From Phoronis australis (taxonomy: Eukaryota; Animalia; Phoronida): a stretch of DNA of 64,000 bases. The translations under genes were made by a program, and so were the position numbers. Below, piece after piece: positions 12,501 to 24,091 of the stretch. The notes beneath the pieces are model-generated. The model was given only the letters and a program-made list of their open reading frames with translations, did not search any database and was not told the DNA's origin. Every line of letters starts with the position of its first letter. Positions within the stretch are counted from its first letter, which is position 1. Where the stretch lies: positions 347,598-411,597 of the forward strand of contig NMRA01000098.1 of NCBI GenBank assembly GCA_002633005.1. Reading direction: 5' to 3'.

Positions 12501-14525
12501 GATAGAGCCAAGTGGAAATACAAACCAGAATCAGTTTCTGTGCGCTCGTAGACCCTCTGCTGTACTGGGTAAATTTGGCATGATCAAACGTAATTTTATT
12601 TCGTTTTCATTGTACACAAGCATAAAAAACCGACATTATATACAGACTGTGTAGAATTATAACTTATTACGTGGGTGTTTCTCCAGGAACGTTAGTCCTA
12701 ACCTGCTGTTGTCTGGACTGTCGAGGAATCTGTATATCGGATCCAATGGTTCGCTTGCCTTGGAACCATTCTACACAGACATCTTCGATGTTTGTTCCCA
12801 ACGCTTCCACTTCGTCAACTGCTGTGTCAATGAGCTTGTAAACCTCTACAATGTCAGCATCTCGTTTCGCAGCCCCCTGAGGTTGCCAAGTCCATTCAAA
12901 AGACTTACATGCGCAACTAAATTTGATCCGTTCGTCATGAACTACTTCAAACCTAAACGATGTATCCCAGGACCTATTTGCATCTCTTGCAATTTTCGGA
13001 ATAAACGTCCCATTGTCTGAACGCTTGAAACCTCAAGTACTAACATCAAATAAATGCCCATGGGCATGGGCGTTTCATCGGGTGGGCCTTTCTACGGAAA
13101 TCCCCAGAATAGAAGACGGCAGTGGTGCTTATTGCAGGTAGAAAGACGGTAGGTGTTGAGGTCGGAACTGGAGCTCCTTAGGAGGCCTATTGCCACATCG
13201 CACGAGTCCCACAAGTCATTGCTGTGAAAATACAGCCTCCCCGCAATTTCTGGTACTGTACAATGTTCGCGAATGCGGTCACTTTGTCAATGTGAGTGCC
13301 CCCTTGGTCATTCGTTGTACAATGTATAGACATAACTTGTTAGAGTGCATCTTCAAACGGACTCGCGACCAGACCACGGCGCCCGCGACAATAGCAATTC
13401 TTCGGAAAACGAGTTCTTTGCAAAATATTACATGTACACTCTATGATATTGCGCAAGGCAACTTTACTATACACCAGTCAAATTCGAGTTACAAACGTGT
13501 GGGGTATAATGGAATGACAGATAAGGTAAAAACGTCGCACGTCAATTCGTCTGAATATCAGGATTGCGGCACCGCAGTATTTCCCCTGATTAAATCAAAA
13601 CATATCTTAGAGTAAAGAAGCTAGTTACCTAAAGAAATCGGCTATAGAGCTTGTCTTTCAGCGGTGGATGCATCTAAAATGCTTGGCTACTTGAGAAGTG
13701 TCGCCGAAAGCGCGCACAATTGATCTCCGCGCGTTTTGGGAGGGGGGATTACTGAACAAAACCAACAAAGACTGAAAAAAAAAAACGGCCACTACAGTAG
13801 GTTCAGGCCTATGAATTGTACATCTGCGTGAATTTCCTTTGTGGACTTTTGTGTCGTTTACTCGGACATTTTTCACGGAGGCGGACCTTTTTTCCCAATT
13901 CTCCAAATTGGGGGTCTAGTTCGAACCACTCCCCCTGGGTGCGCCCATGCAGTTTATAACGGCAGGTGAACAAAATTGCAATGTGGATTATTCAAGACTA
14001 CGACATGATTGCAACCCCATTCAATGCGCAATCTTGTGTCATAAATTTTTATGGGACAATGACGCGAGAAGCGCTTCCAATTGCTACCAACAGAAATACC
14101 CGTTTCAACTAAGATTTAAAGATTTCTTTGTCATGGTTGCCTTGATTTAAATATTCGCTTGTCATTGATAGAAAACATGCGATTGAAATTTTAAATGGCA
14201 AATGCTCCCGACGTCTTTGTCACGAGGAAGTAATGTTGCATACAGGTACGGAAATTTTTTAGATCGATTTTTGGACGAAAGTAGTTTTTTGGATAGCTAA
14301 TCAGCAGGAAAAATAACTTTTTAATAGAAAATAATTGGCATCCCAATTCAACAAACGAAATGTGAGAAAATTAACAAGTGCATCTGGTAACACATTTTAC
14401 TTTGATCCAAACACTGACCACAGATCACACTAATTTTGAAAACAACTATTGCACTGATGCAGTGAGCACTGTGGGAGAACAGAAATTTTACTGAACAACC
14501 TACACGCTACAAGTTAAAAATTAAA

Positions 14526-16797
14526 CTAATTAATTAATTCTTGAAACAGCTTTTTGCAAACATAATCCTGAATACTTTCAGAGTCTTCAAACAGATCAGG
14601 AGTATCATTCCCAAGAGATTTGGGAATAGGGCTTGGTGAAAAGAGTTCTTGGCTTTCAAAACATATGCTCCTCAAGCTGGATGCCTCAATGCATGCATCT
14701 TCCGAGAGTTGCAAATTGGTTCGATCAGAAAAGGGGGTGCTGTGACTAAGAGAACTCCCACTACCTCTAGATTCTTTACTGAGGTCATCTGACAGAAGTC
14801 TTTTACCTGAAAAACACACAGACTCATCATCTTCCCATGCTACTGAAAGTCCAGTTGCTTCATTTGATTCTAAATTTACAGGACAACTGGAAACAGACTT
14901 TGAAAATAAATTAGGTGACAAACATTCATTACTGGAATCACCACTAAAATACTGACACATACTGTCTTTACTTTTGTTGACAGCAACATCTTTTATTTCC
15001 TTGGTCAAATTCAATTCAGTTACTTTTTTCTGACTTTGTTTGATGCAAGGTTTGGACAAATTTTGCATCCCTCTACCCCATTTGCCAGCAAACTTCAACT
15101 GTAAATCTATCTGTTGGATATCCACTTGGCAACTCAGACGTTTGTGAAATCGCACAGACTTTCTTGCTGTGGAAGCACTGGCTCCGTTTCCGTGGCTATT
15201 TTCCATGTCCTCTTGGGTGTCTGGCACAATGCTGTGCAAATCACCAATCTTTAGTATACGTGGTTTGAAGATTGCTACATCACTTTTTTGTTTTACACCT
15301 AACAGTAAATTTTGACCAACAACAGGCTCAACCAAAACTGAAATGTCTGTGTCTATGGAGCAATTAGACGAATCAAACAAGTCTTTCGAAAAACATGTTA
15401 AATTGACCTTTTCATTGAATGAAATTGTGTCTAACTTATCCCCTGACTCCTGTCCTAGTTTCTCATGAAAAAAGTCATCATCAAACATGTCAACTTGACT
15501 TAAAGGTACATCTAATAATTTGCTAAGACGTCTATAAGACAACGTATCAGATTTTTGTTTTTCACGTGAAATTCTGTCACAAGACATTTGCTCTGCTTCT
15601 TCAGCAGAACAGGCATTCACAATTGCACTATCAGACACAGAGTTACATTGACTAAAGAGTGAAGCAATGGTGTCAGACTTGCTTAATTTGTCAGTAACAT
15701 CACCATGACAACTACAGATACCATCATCAGTCACGTTGTCGGGAAAAGTCACGCGGCACATATGTTCCTTATCCATTTTCATAAGGAAAATGTCGAGATC
15801 TTCTGAATCTGGCAAATTCTCCCAAGTGCAGTATTGGTCATTAGTGCCACCTACTAAATGATGGCTTTCAAGAATTAATGAGTTGCAGTGACCATTAGTG
15901 GCTTGGTTTTCAACGCTTTCTCTGTCACCTACACACTTTGCTTTCGAGTGGTCAGTATGTATGAAATTGTAACTATTCATGTCTACAGGGGATGTAGCGG
16001 CTTTTGTATTCTGTCCAGTGTCTGAATCTTCCCCAGTGAGAGCAGCAGATCCAGATAAATTTCTGCAGCATTTCTTATCACTCATGGAAGTTGGTTTTGA
16101 TTTCTTAGTTAGACATACGGAGTCGTCATGCTCACTCACATCAGGCAGTAACTTATGTTTTCCACACCAAACGTATCTCAGACGATCACTCACAGAACTG
16201 CAAGAACTTGAAGACTTGCACTCGCAATGTAGCGCGAAGTCTTCCAGTCGACTTTTTTCCTTGTGGCACCAAGAAACTGATTTGGATAATTTCTCACTTA
16301 TATCGTGGCATGGTCCCTGAGAGTCGAACACACATGATAAAGATGCTGAAGTGAACAAATCTCCAGCCGAAACACTACTGATCACCGAACTTGCTATCGC
16401 GAACTGTGACAACTGGCTGCCAGATGCTGTTCCACAACTCAGAACAAAACTACCATGATTTTGACTGACAGTACATGATGATCTTCTTCTCCTACCCATT
16501 GAAATCTTCCTCACACTGAAGCACTGTTGGTTCTTGTTGGCCCCATTGCCATTTGGAGACCCTGCTATGCCGTCAACTATCGCCCTCAAGCAGTCCAACA
16601 CTGATAGTGGCATCCCATCAGGTGCGGCACATTTTATTTGATAAGCCAGCCATGACTCCGAGTTGTGTTTGCCTTGATTGTTTTGACCACTGGGCATTCG
16701 GTCAACTGCAAGAAAGAAAGGTAGGCCGACGCTACAGCTATGGACTGCAGAGTGTACCATACGACTGGAGATGATGTGCTTGTGGTGAGACAGGAAG
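14526..16797 (-). CDS. DDIAS: DDIAS/noxin-like protein, last coding exon (end of OB fold plus long Ser-rich disordered region)
   Basis: Acceptor TGTCTGTTACAG|C is phase 2, matching the upstream exon. AVHSCSVGLPFFLAV and LAYQI...LSVLDCL parallel vertebrate DDIAS AVETCFVGQSFIFGV and VACQI...FTVIDYF. Length 2272 nt to TAG. Confidence 0.85.
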
Positions 16798-17144
16798 CTG
16801 TAACAGACAGACATATCATGATTAGGCGACGAAGACTGGGAGTGAGGGAAGGGGCAATTTTTGGCAGGAGAAATGTACTGTTGCAGATAAGCAGTAATGA
16901 AATTATAGATTTTCAAGACTTCTGAAAACAAGTCATAAAGAAGTGAAAATTTCGCCCAAAGTAGTTTGACAAACTATGAAACTTGTGAGTTTTAACATAA
17001 ACAAAGTCCATTCCGATATTAACCACAAAGAAGTCTCACCAATTTTGGACAGAAATAGTATCCAAAATAGCCCCCTTTTCATTTTCAAATGCTTCCAATA
17101 TTGTAGTGAATACCTCTAAATTGTCTAGTGGTAGTTTTAACTTA

Positions 17145-17585
17145 TAATTAACACATACCATGACTCTGGAGACAATTTAGTCAACATAATTGGGCATATC
17201 CATGAAAATCAGTTGAGGTTCACTTGTGCTTCCCTTGTCGGGTGCCATTTAGAGGAAGTTACTTGAAATGATCTAAGTTCATGTACAAAAGGTCGAGGGG
17301 ACACAAATAACTCCGGATCTTCTCATGCCACTTTTTGCACAGCTCAACAGCCAGGCTACAGGCTCAACAACCAGGCTACAGGCTCAACAGCCAGGTCGCA
17401 GGCTCAGCAGCCAAGCTACAGGCTCAACAGCCAGGTCGTGGCTTCACTCAGTCTCTTATTGTGGCCTAACTGGTGTGACGCCAATTGAAATACTTTGTGG
17501 TTATCCCGTTTGGTAATAAAGTTAAGGGTGACTAAAAAAGTGGAGTTTGAAATCTTCCCCAAAGACATCTTAATCCCCATAGTCT
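17145..17585 (+). repeat. Dispersed repeat, copy 1 (homologous to about 40176-40533), containing 5 x 20-bp tandem at 17341-17440
   Basis: Shared blocks TTATAATTAACACATAC, GGGTGCCATTT.GAGGAAGTTAC, GAAATACTTTGTGG and CATCTTAAT.CCCATAG. Tandem unit GGCTCAACAGCCAGGCTACA. Confidence 0.8.
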
Positions 17586-17634
17586 TTAGATATGGTTCAC
17601 TGAAGACATGCAAAGAACCAGAAAGCATTGTTAA

Positions 17635-18764
17635 CCCTTATCCTGCTAAGCCTCTATTTAAACAACTTTCCCTGAGCTAAGTAGGTCACCACTGCTGCTG
17701 TGCACTGGACTGTTATGAAGGTCACTCAGATTGATGACCTAAATTTTTAAATTGGAAATTTGAAGGGGTAATGTGAACTTCAGATAAAAGTAGTCTGCAC
17801 AAAAGTTGTTCAGAATTTAATGGAGATTTTCACCATATACATATCTTTACCAAAGCCTTGGTGTAAATAATTCTATAAACTTTCAAACTGGACAGCCTTT
17901 GTTTTTATCTGTTGAGAAAATTATAGCTGACACCCAAAAACCGTAATAAGCATTTTTAAAAAGAAATTCATGGGGCTTGCATGTTTAATAAAGCAGATTT
18001 ATTGTCTGCAACATCACACATGCAAACAAGAATGTACAGTATATAACATACCTCAACTTTGCACGATAACAAATTTATGACTGGTGCAGTCGCTTGCTAA
18101 AGTCTGTTTTGAAGTTCACCTTGGTGTGCAAAAACTTGAAACAGGGGTGGGGACACAAAGCTATTCTGTGAAAAAGTCACAAAAATATCTAGTTCTGAAT
18201 GAGTTCCATCATGTTTCAGAGGCTTTGTATTATGAGCGAAGGGCGTGAGCCAAGCATCGTCGTAAGCCCGTCCAAGTTCAGCTTCAGGGACCGGTAACTC
18301 CTTCAAAATTGCACTGAGATCCGAATCGATAGAATCTGCATTACTGATGACTGTTGTATTACTTTTCCAGTCACTTTCGAGTGCCAAATCCAGCTCGTTC
18401 TCACTATCTGAGTCTATGAACACTTCCTCAAGAAACTGGTCAACAGTCATCTTACCACGTTTGGCACCAGCCAAGATAAAACTTGCGTAAACTTTCAAAT
18501 ATCTCGGCAACAACTCACCACAGCCATATGTTGTAAATCAGAAAAATGTACAGGAAACTACGAACTGTGGAATGCGCATGCTCACATATATGAACAGCAT
18601 ACGGGGCTTTCACAATTTCTGAATGAAAAACACCAATGTCCTGGGGTGAGTACACCCTCGTTGCGCAGTCTAGCCGTAGCTTATTATAGGCGATTGAGTA
18701 CACCCGACGCATTTTAATAGGATAATTGGCTTGTCGACTGACCTCGCCTAGCGCAGGATAAGGG
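17635..18764 (-). mobile_element. piggyBac internal-deletion derivative in a DDIAS intron
   Basis: TTAA at 17631-17634 and 18765-18768, perfect 12-bp TIR CCCTTATCCTGC. An acidic transposase-like N-terminus (MTVDQFLEEVFIDSDSE...SELDIF) abuts IALCPHPCFKFLHT, the typical end of the piggyBac Cys-rich domain. Confidence 0.88.
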
Positions 18765-19186
18765 TTAAAGAAAGTTGTGCTTTTAAGTGACAATTTTAAG
18801 TGTAAAATGCACTTCTGACTAGGTGAAAACCTCTTATTCTGCAAACAGATTTCGGATAAAATGCACAAGGACAAGTTTAGTACAGAGACGGATGCCGATG
18901 GGGAGTATTGTAACCTCTGGCCAGCCAGCTCAGGCTATGTGTTGCCTATTAGACAGTCTGCCATACTGAATAACAAACTAGTGAGATTGTACTATAAACC
19001 TTTTACTATTAGAAAAAGCAGGATTAATGGTTTCACAACTGACCAAACAGGTTATTTCATTAAAACAGCAATAGAGGGCGCAATATGTGGCAATGAGCAC
19101 TTGAGGGTTAGGGAAAGGAAAGAGATACAAGGAAGATGCTATCAGTATTGCAAGAATATGTTTAACATTATTATTTTGATACCAAC

Positions 19187-19351
19187 CTATGAAATTCATT
19201 GGCGTTTGCACCAAATATCTCCTGAAGACACTTGCCGAAAGCGACTATATTACATTTTGTATATCCCCTCAGAACCTGCAGGTGTAGTCGGAAGCGATAG
19301 TTGAACTGTCCATCGTTGAAACGTGCTGAACACTTGAAGCATTGAAAGCCA
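19187..19351 (-). CDS. DDIAS: DDIAS-like coding exon 2 (Zn-ribbon OB fold)
   Basis: TTCATTTCAG| acceptor and CATAG|GTTGGT donor, 165 nt, phase 2-2. Encodes GFQCFKC...NYRFRLHLQV...AFGKCLQEIFG, similar to DDIAS NYRYKLSLKV...VFGSCLDTFFG. Confidence 0.9.
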
Positions 19352-20018
19352 CTGAAATGAACAAACACATCCAACTTGGTAATCTAAATGCCATGTAATA
19401 GTTACCCTATATAACTCTTTACTATTGGAATTGTAATGTTTGACATTTTTGAATTCCATGTTACTTTTTTCGTGTAGGTTCTACAGAAAATGACTCACAG
19501 AAGACCAGGAACACTGAAGTGTCCACAATCAGATTCTTTGGCTAGTATCACGGTCTACAAAATTCATATTTTCATAGATCAAGATGTTGAAACCTTAAAA
19601 TTACCATGATCTCCTACAACATTGTCCATGTTATTACATCTGTTGTTGCATAGTAGTGGATTGAAGCCTGGGCTCAAATCCAGTGTTCCCTGGCATCAGT
19701 GACTATCTCAAACAACCTCACCATGAACTCACGCAGACTCGATAGTACCTTCTGCCAGCAAAAAACTAAGGTGAGGGAGAAAACACGTTCACTGAACTTG
19801 AGTGTGGCAGAACACATTAATTCCTTAGTTTAGGAGCTTAAGTGCTGTTGTCTCAGGTATTCATTTTCCCAGCTATTGCATTAGTCTGTGTAGTGGCACT
19901 TCCCCACACATGACGCAAGACAGACAAATCTTGGGTAAGTGAACCACTGCTGAGAAGTAATGATAATTGATAACCAACCAGGTTTCCAAATACTAGAACC
20001 AAACGCTCACTGTGGTAC

Positions 20019-20131
20019 CTGTGGCCAATGTGTGTCAGCTTGGTGAAGCAATGAGGACAGGAGGGGTATAGGAAAACGTCATCGTTCACACCCAGAACAG
20101 TAACCTGTAACACCTGGCGCATTGTATACAT
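20019..20131 (-). CDS. DDIAS: DDIAS-like coding exon 1
   Basis: MYTMRQVLQVTVLGVNDDVFLYPSCPHCFTKL, similar to DDIAS FIYPSCQKCFSRI. Donor CAG|GTACCA. An acceptor at 20143/20142 implies an upstream non-coding exon. The start could be ATG 20131 or 20122. Confidence 0.88.
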
Positions 20132-20431
20132 ACGCACTCATGCTGAAAAAGAAATCAAGCACTGCAGTGTCAGTTGTAATCAGAAGACAGTATTTCCCAC
20201 ACATGCTGGCTGATGCTTGACAGAATTGTCCAACAGAAGTTTTTGAAGAAATTCACAGAAACCTGGTCACACAACATTGGTGACCACGGGACAACTTTGG
20301 TGTTGTAGAAACAACTGCGTTTTCCCTTTCTGTACGATGAGTCAGCCACTAGGATTTGGAGTGCCCAAGTTGCACATGTGACTAGTGCGAGATGGCCAAA
20401 GTCTTAACTCACATCTCCAAATTTCCCATAA

Positions 20432-20604
20432 TCAAACTTTTTCTTCGAACAGTCCTTGGATAGTTGCCCAAATTTGCAACTGGCCATTTTTAACCCTGTG
20501 CATGCCAGACGGTATTACGTCTTATTTCCTATAGTGTGCAGTATTAAAAATGGCCAGTTGCTTATTTGGAAACTGACCCAAGGACTGTCCCAAGAAAAAG
20601 CTTG
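20432..20604. mobile_element. Foldback MITE-like imperfect inverted repeat
   Basis: Arms of about 60 bp: ...ACAGTCCTTGG...GCAACTGGCCATTTTTAA versus TTAAAAATGGCCAGTTGC...CCAAGGACTGT... Confidence 0.7.
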
Positions 20605-20646
20605 CCTAGCTTAGCTGACAAAATCAGTGGCTGTTTACAGTCAGAG

Positions 20647-20720
20647 CCACAGGCGTCCTCAGCTTCTGATCGTCCCCACGTAGTGTATTGGGGACGATCA
20701 GAAGCTGAGGACGCCTGTGG
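20647..20720. mobile_element. 74-bp perfect hairpin element with 6-bp flanking direct repeat
   Basis: 32-bp perfect arms (20647-20678 and 20689-20720) with a 10-nt loop. TCAGAG at 20641-20646 and 20721-20726. Confidence 0.85.
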
Positions 20721-20868
20721 TCAGAGCATGCCATGAGATTCGCTTGTTCACACAGCTTTATACTGTTGTACGCCTATTCCATGCGCTGTTATACATTTCG
20801 GCAATGCAGCCAGGGTTGCATGAACGTTTAAATGCTGTTTTGTTTTCGAAACAATGTAAAAAACAAAC

Positions 20869-20925
20869 CTACGATCAATCCAAATTTCCCGGCGGAAATG
20901 GCAGCCAAGTTCGCTATTGGTCACC
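20869..20925 (-). promoter_or_regulatory. Candidate DDIAS promoter / 5' non-coding exon
   Basis: Minus-strand donor TAG|GTTTGT at about 20869, E2F-like TTTCCCGGCGGAAA (20885-20898) and CCAAT box (ATTGG 20916-20920). Motif matches only. Confidence 0.4.
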
Positions 20926-21745
20926 AGAGGACGCACGTCACAACCTTATAAAACAGTAATTAAAGTTTATGATTTAAAAACAAAAAGTAGATATTATCTA
21001 TAATGGCCTTAAAAGAAGATTCAATTATGATAATATTTATAAATGTTGTTATAACATAATAGATATTCTTCTTTCGTAATGTGGGATAGGCATAGATTCA
21101 AATTTGTATCTTCTTAATTATCTTTTGTAACCAACCATTACCCAAATAGATTGTCATTACGTATATTTTTCACAGATAGTTAAGAGTTTCCTGAGGTAAA
21201 GTCACTATTTTACACAGGATAGCGGCCACACACTGTGAGCAAACATGACAATAATCAAACCTCAAGTAACAGAGAAGAAGCCTGATGATGAAAAACCTAT
21301 GGCAGAAGTCAGCACTGGTTACTTGGTAAGTTTTTGTTGTCCTACTTTTCAACAGGTTCAATGTTTGGACGTAACAAGTAAATAACGATAACAATGGCCG
21401 AACCATGTTGGTTTCTGCGAGATGCAGAAATATTCCTGATTCTACATAGTTGAAGACTTTGTAGGAATTCCTACATAGTGCAAAAATGTAGGAATTGCAC
21501 TTATTGTGAATCCAATGTTCATCCACAGACGCCCTCACGGCCTCGGCTTCTGATCTTCTCCAATGCTATATACTAATAATATATACCGTCTGAGGTCCTA
21601 AAGACCTGAAGTCGTGAGTGCCCTAAAGTCGTGAACGATCTTTTTTCCGCTTCTGCGCGGTCCCGCGACATCTAGTGTTGAATTTTCCAGTGTTTGTCTG
21701 CTCACAAACGTCAAACGAATACCCAGACGTGTTGATATTCACAAT

Positions 21746-21758
21746 ATGAAAATAAACA
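21746..21758 (+). CDS. Candidate first coding micro-exon of the ITM2-like gene (MKIN, phase 1)
   Basis: ATGAAAATAAACA|GTGAGT is a strong donor after a CpG-containing leader. It is in frame only with the distal acceptor at 23930/23931. Confidence 0.45.
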
Positions 21759-22266
21759 GTGAGTGGGTGTCTTTTTTAAAAATGTATCTTAAAACAGCAC
21801 CTTTCACTAATCCACTTTTTTGTGCATTTTCAGAAAAAAATTTGGGGTCCCAATAGGCAACATACCAATTGGTACAAATTGCCTGAATCAATTATCGAGA
21901 ATGTAATCCAACAAATTCTGCATATTCTAGCCACAAAATGATCAACGATTGTTTTGCAGCTGACGTTCAAGTAGTTAGTTGATAACTCTTTCTGAAAGTG
22001 GGGCGTTGTTATTTTTGCTGTTTTGAGAAATAATAAACGTGTCATACAGCAACTTATTTGTAAACCACAGTTGTGGCGTAATTTAGTTATAAAGTCATTT
22101 TTATGTTATTTACCACTTTGAAACTATAAAACTGAATTGTACTAATCTACAAAACTCAGTAAAAAATAAATATAGTGTTCGCTAACGGATTTCTCTCTTT
22201 TTGGAAATAGAAAACAAAATTCAAGTAGTGCCAAAAGGTGCTTTATTGCTCCGTAATTCACATTAA

Positions 22267-22465
22267 AGGCGAAAGCAACCTTTTTTCATGTCACTTTTAG
22301 CAAAAATAAGGTTCGTTGATTATCCCAGATACGTTTTTCACTTAATTACAGCTTTTCATAATTTTATTAATTTCTCATCCTCTACTCCGGAAGTGACGTT
22401 TGTCTGGGATAATCAACGAACCTTATTTTTGCTAAAAATGACATGAAAAAAGGTTGCCTTCGCCT
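22267..22465. mobile_element. TTAA-flanked MITE with TIRs of about 60 bp (Kolobok-type AGG terminus)
   Basis: TTAA|AGGCGAAAGCAACCTTTTTTCATGTCA...TGACATGAAAAAAGGTTGCCTTCGCCT|TTAA. Confidence 0.88.
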
Positions 22466-23926
22466 TTAACATTGAATTTTTGATTGGGCTGTGGATGGCA
22501 GAGCCAGCTGTTGTTGAGTGCTTCGAAGGTATAGAAAAAATGGGAATTGGCATGTTGCCCTCATCTTACTGACTCATGACCATTGAAGCCTTCAAAACAA
22601 CAATGACCTACACAAAGATAGGCTACATAAAAAGGAATCAGATTTGTATATAGCTATTGTCATAACCAAAGGAACAATGAGGCCAGTACAAGTTTATAGG
22701 TGTGATGTAGGTCAATTCCTAAATTTCTTCTGTTTTTATTTGTTGGAAAGGGTTTTTTCAGTTATCTTTGTGACTCATTTATGACTTGCGGGTTTTTTTT
22801 CTAAGAAAAGGTGTTCTATGTGTATGGCAAAATGTTGTTTCACTATTATCGTCATGGCTATTATTAGGAAATATAATCTATTGTACATTTCCTATACGAG
22901 TTTACGTCATTGGGTCAATGGGTTGTGTTTACGGTTGCCAAACTGACGTTTGTGAGCCATCTGTCATGACTAAAGAGGACTCTTTCACTGTGTGGGCTTT
23001 AAAACAGGGATAATGGAATTCTTTCTGTTGACCTGGGGAAATCTATAAGATTGTTCTCTGGCGTCTGAAATTTTTTAAGACTGTAGGTTTTCAAGAAATA
23101 TGCCCATTCCTTGTTGTAAAATTTTTAAGTGGAACTTACACGCTAATTCATTACCTATCTGATTGCTTGCTCAAATTAGTGGCGCAACATATAGCGATGA
23201 TGTGATTGTGAAGTAGATTGAAAATTGACAAATGTTTTAAGAATGAGTTTTGTGCCGAAAATGATCCGTTATAAATCACTGAACCGTGTCCAGTAAGTAT
23301 CATGACATGGTGTTGGGAACATCATTGCATGATGCGGGTTATGTGAGGCCCCAAGGTCCGTCATTGGTGCAAAGGTCACCTATTATAATTGTTCGTTTTC
23401 ACATACAAGTTGTCAGTGAATACAACAGTACTGCAATTTGTTTAGCATAGATGAGGTTCAAATAGCATGGTCCAAATACCCTGGCCAGTATTATGGGCAA
23501 CGTTAAGCTAGAGAAAATGTATTTCCATGCACAAACACTGTTAATTGAGCATTGCTGGTAGGGTCATAAAATGTAATGCTCAGCCATGCTTATCAAAGTA
23601 AAAAACTGGTTTTTGAAAAACTACACATTTTCAAGAATTAATGACTCCACAAACATATAGAACATTAAATAAGTAACCGAAATCTGAGTGCAAATCATGA
23701 AAATTGGTTCACTATAACTGGGTTTACGTATGTCAAAATTAAACTGACTTCATCTGCTTGACAGGTAATGAAAGTGGTCCGCTCTAAATTCTTTTCTCCT
23801 GAATAAACTTGTGATATAAGTAATACAAAATATAGGAATTAGCTGTCTGGACTCAGTGATTAATGGATTGGTCCAGTCTGGTATTATGTAAATAACAATG
23901 AATTTCATGTCACACTGTACTTTCAG

Positions 23927-24091
23927 CCAGTGAAGAAGGAAGAGGAACCGGATTATGCTCCTGCTATCGCGCTGGTGCAGGTGAGACGCAGGCGACGGTT
24001 CAATATCTGCGTTGGCATCTTGGTTCTCTGCATACTCGCCATCGCCGCTGTAGGAGGGGGCCTGCTCTACAGACACTTAGCACACCGCAAC
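23927..24091 (+). CDS. ITM2/BRI-family BRICHOS protein, transmembrane exon
   Basis: Basic RRRRR followed by a type II signal anchor (FNICVGILVLCILAIAAVGGGLLY). Acceptors TTTCAG|CCAG| and donor AAC|GTAAGC (phase 0). Confidence 0.85.

Noticed and set aside
12660-13615. Possible coding or integrase relic (SDNG on the minus strand; ORF 13190-13615)
   Set aside because: Only a four-residue motif, with multiple stops and no further recognisable family signature.
15979-16925. Plus-strand ORFs overlapping DDIAS (likewise 38245-38568 and 60020-60268 opposite other genes)
   Set aside because: Antisense shadows of real exons with no motifs of their own.
16798-16931. 5' part of the 801-aa ORF as coding, with an acceptor at 16922/16921
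   Set aside because: That acceptor is phase 1 and gives a stop after the phase-2 upstream exon. The acceptor at 16798/16797 fits both phase and homology.
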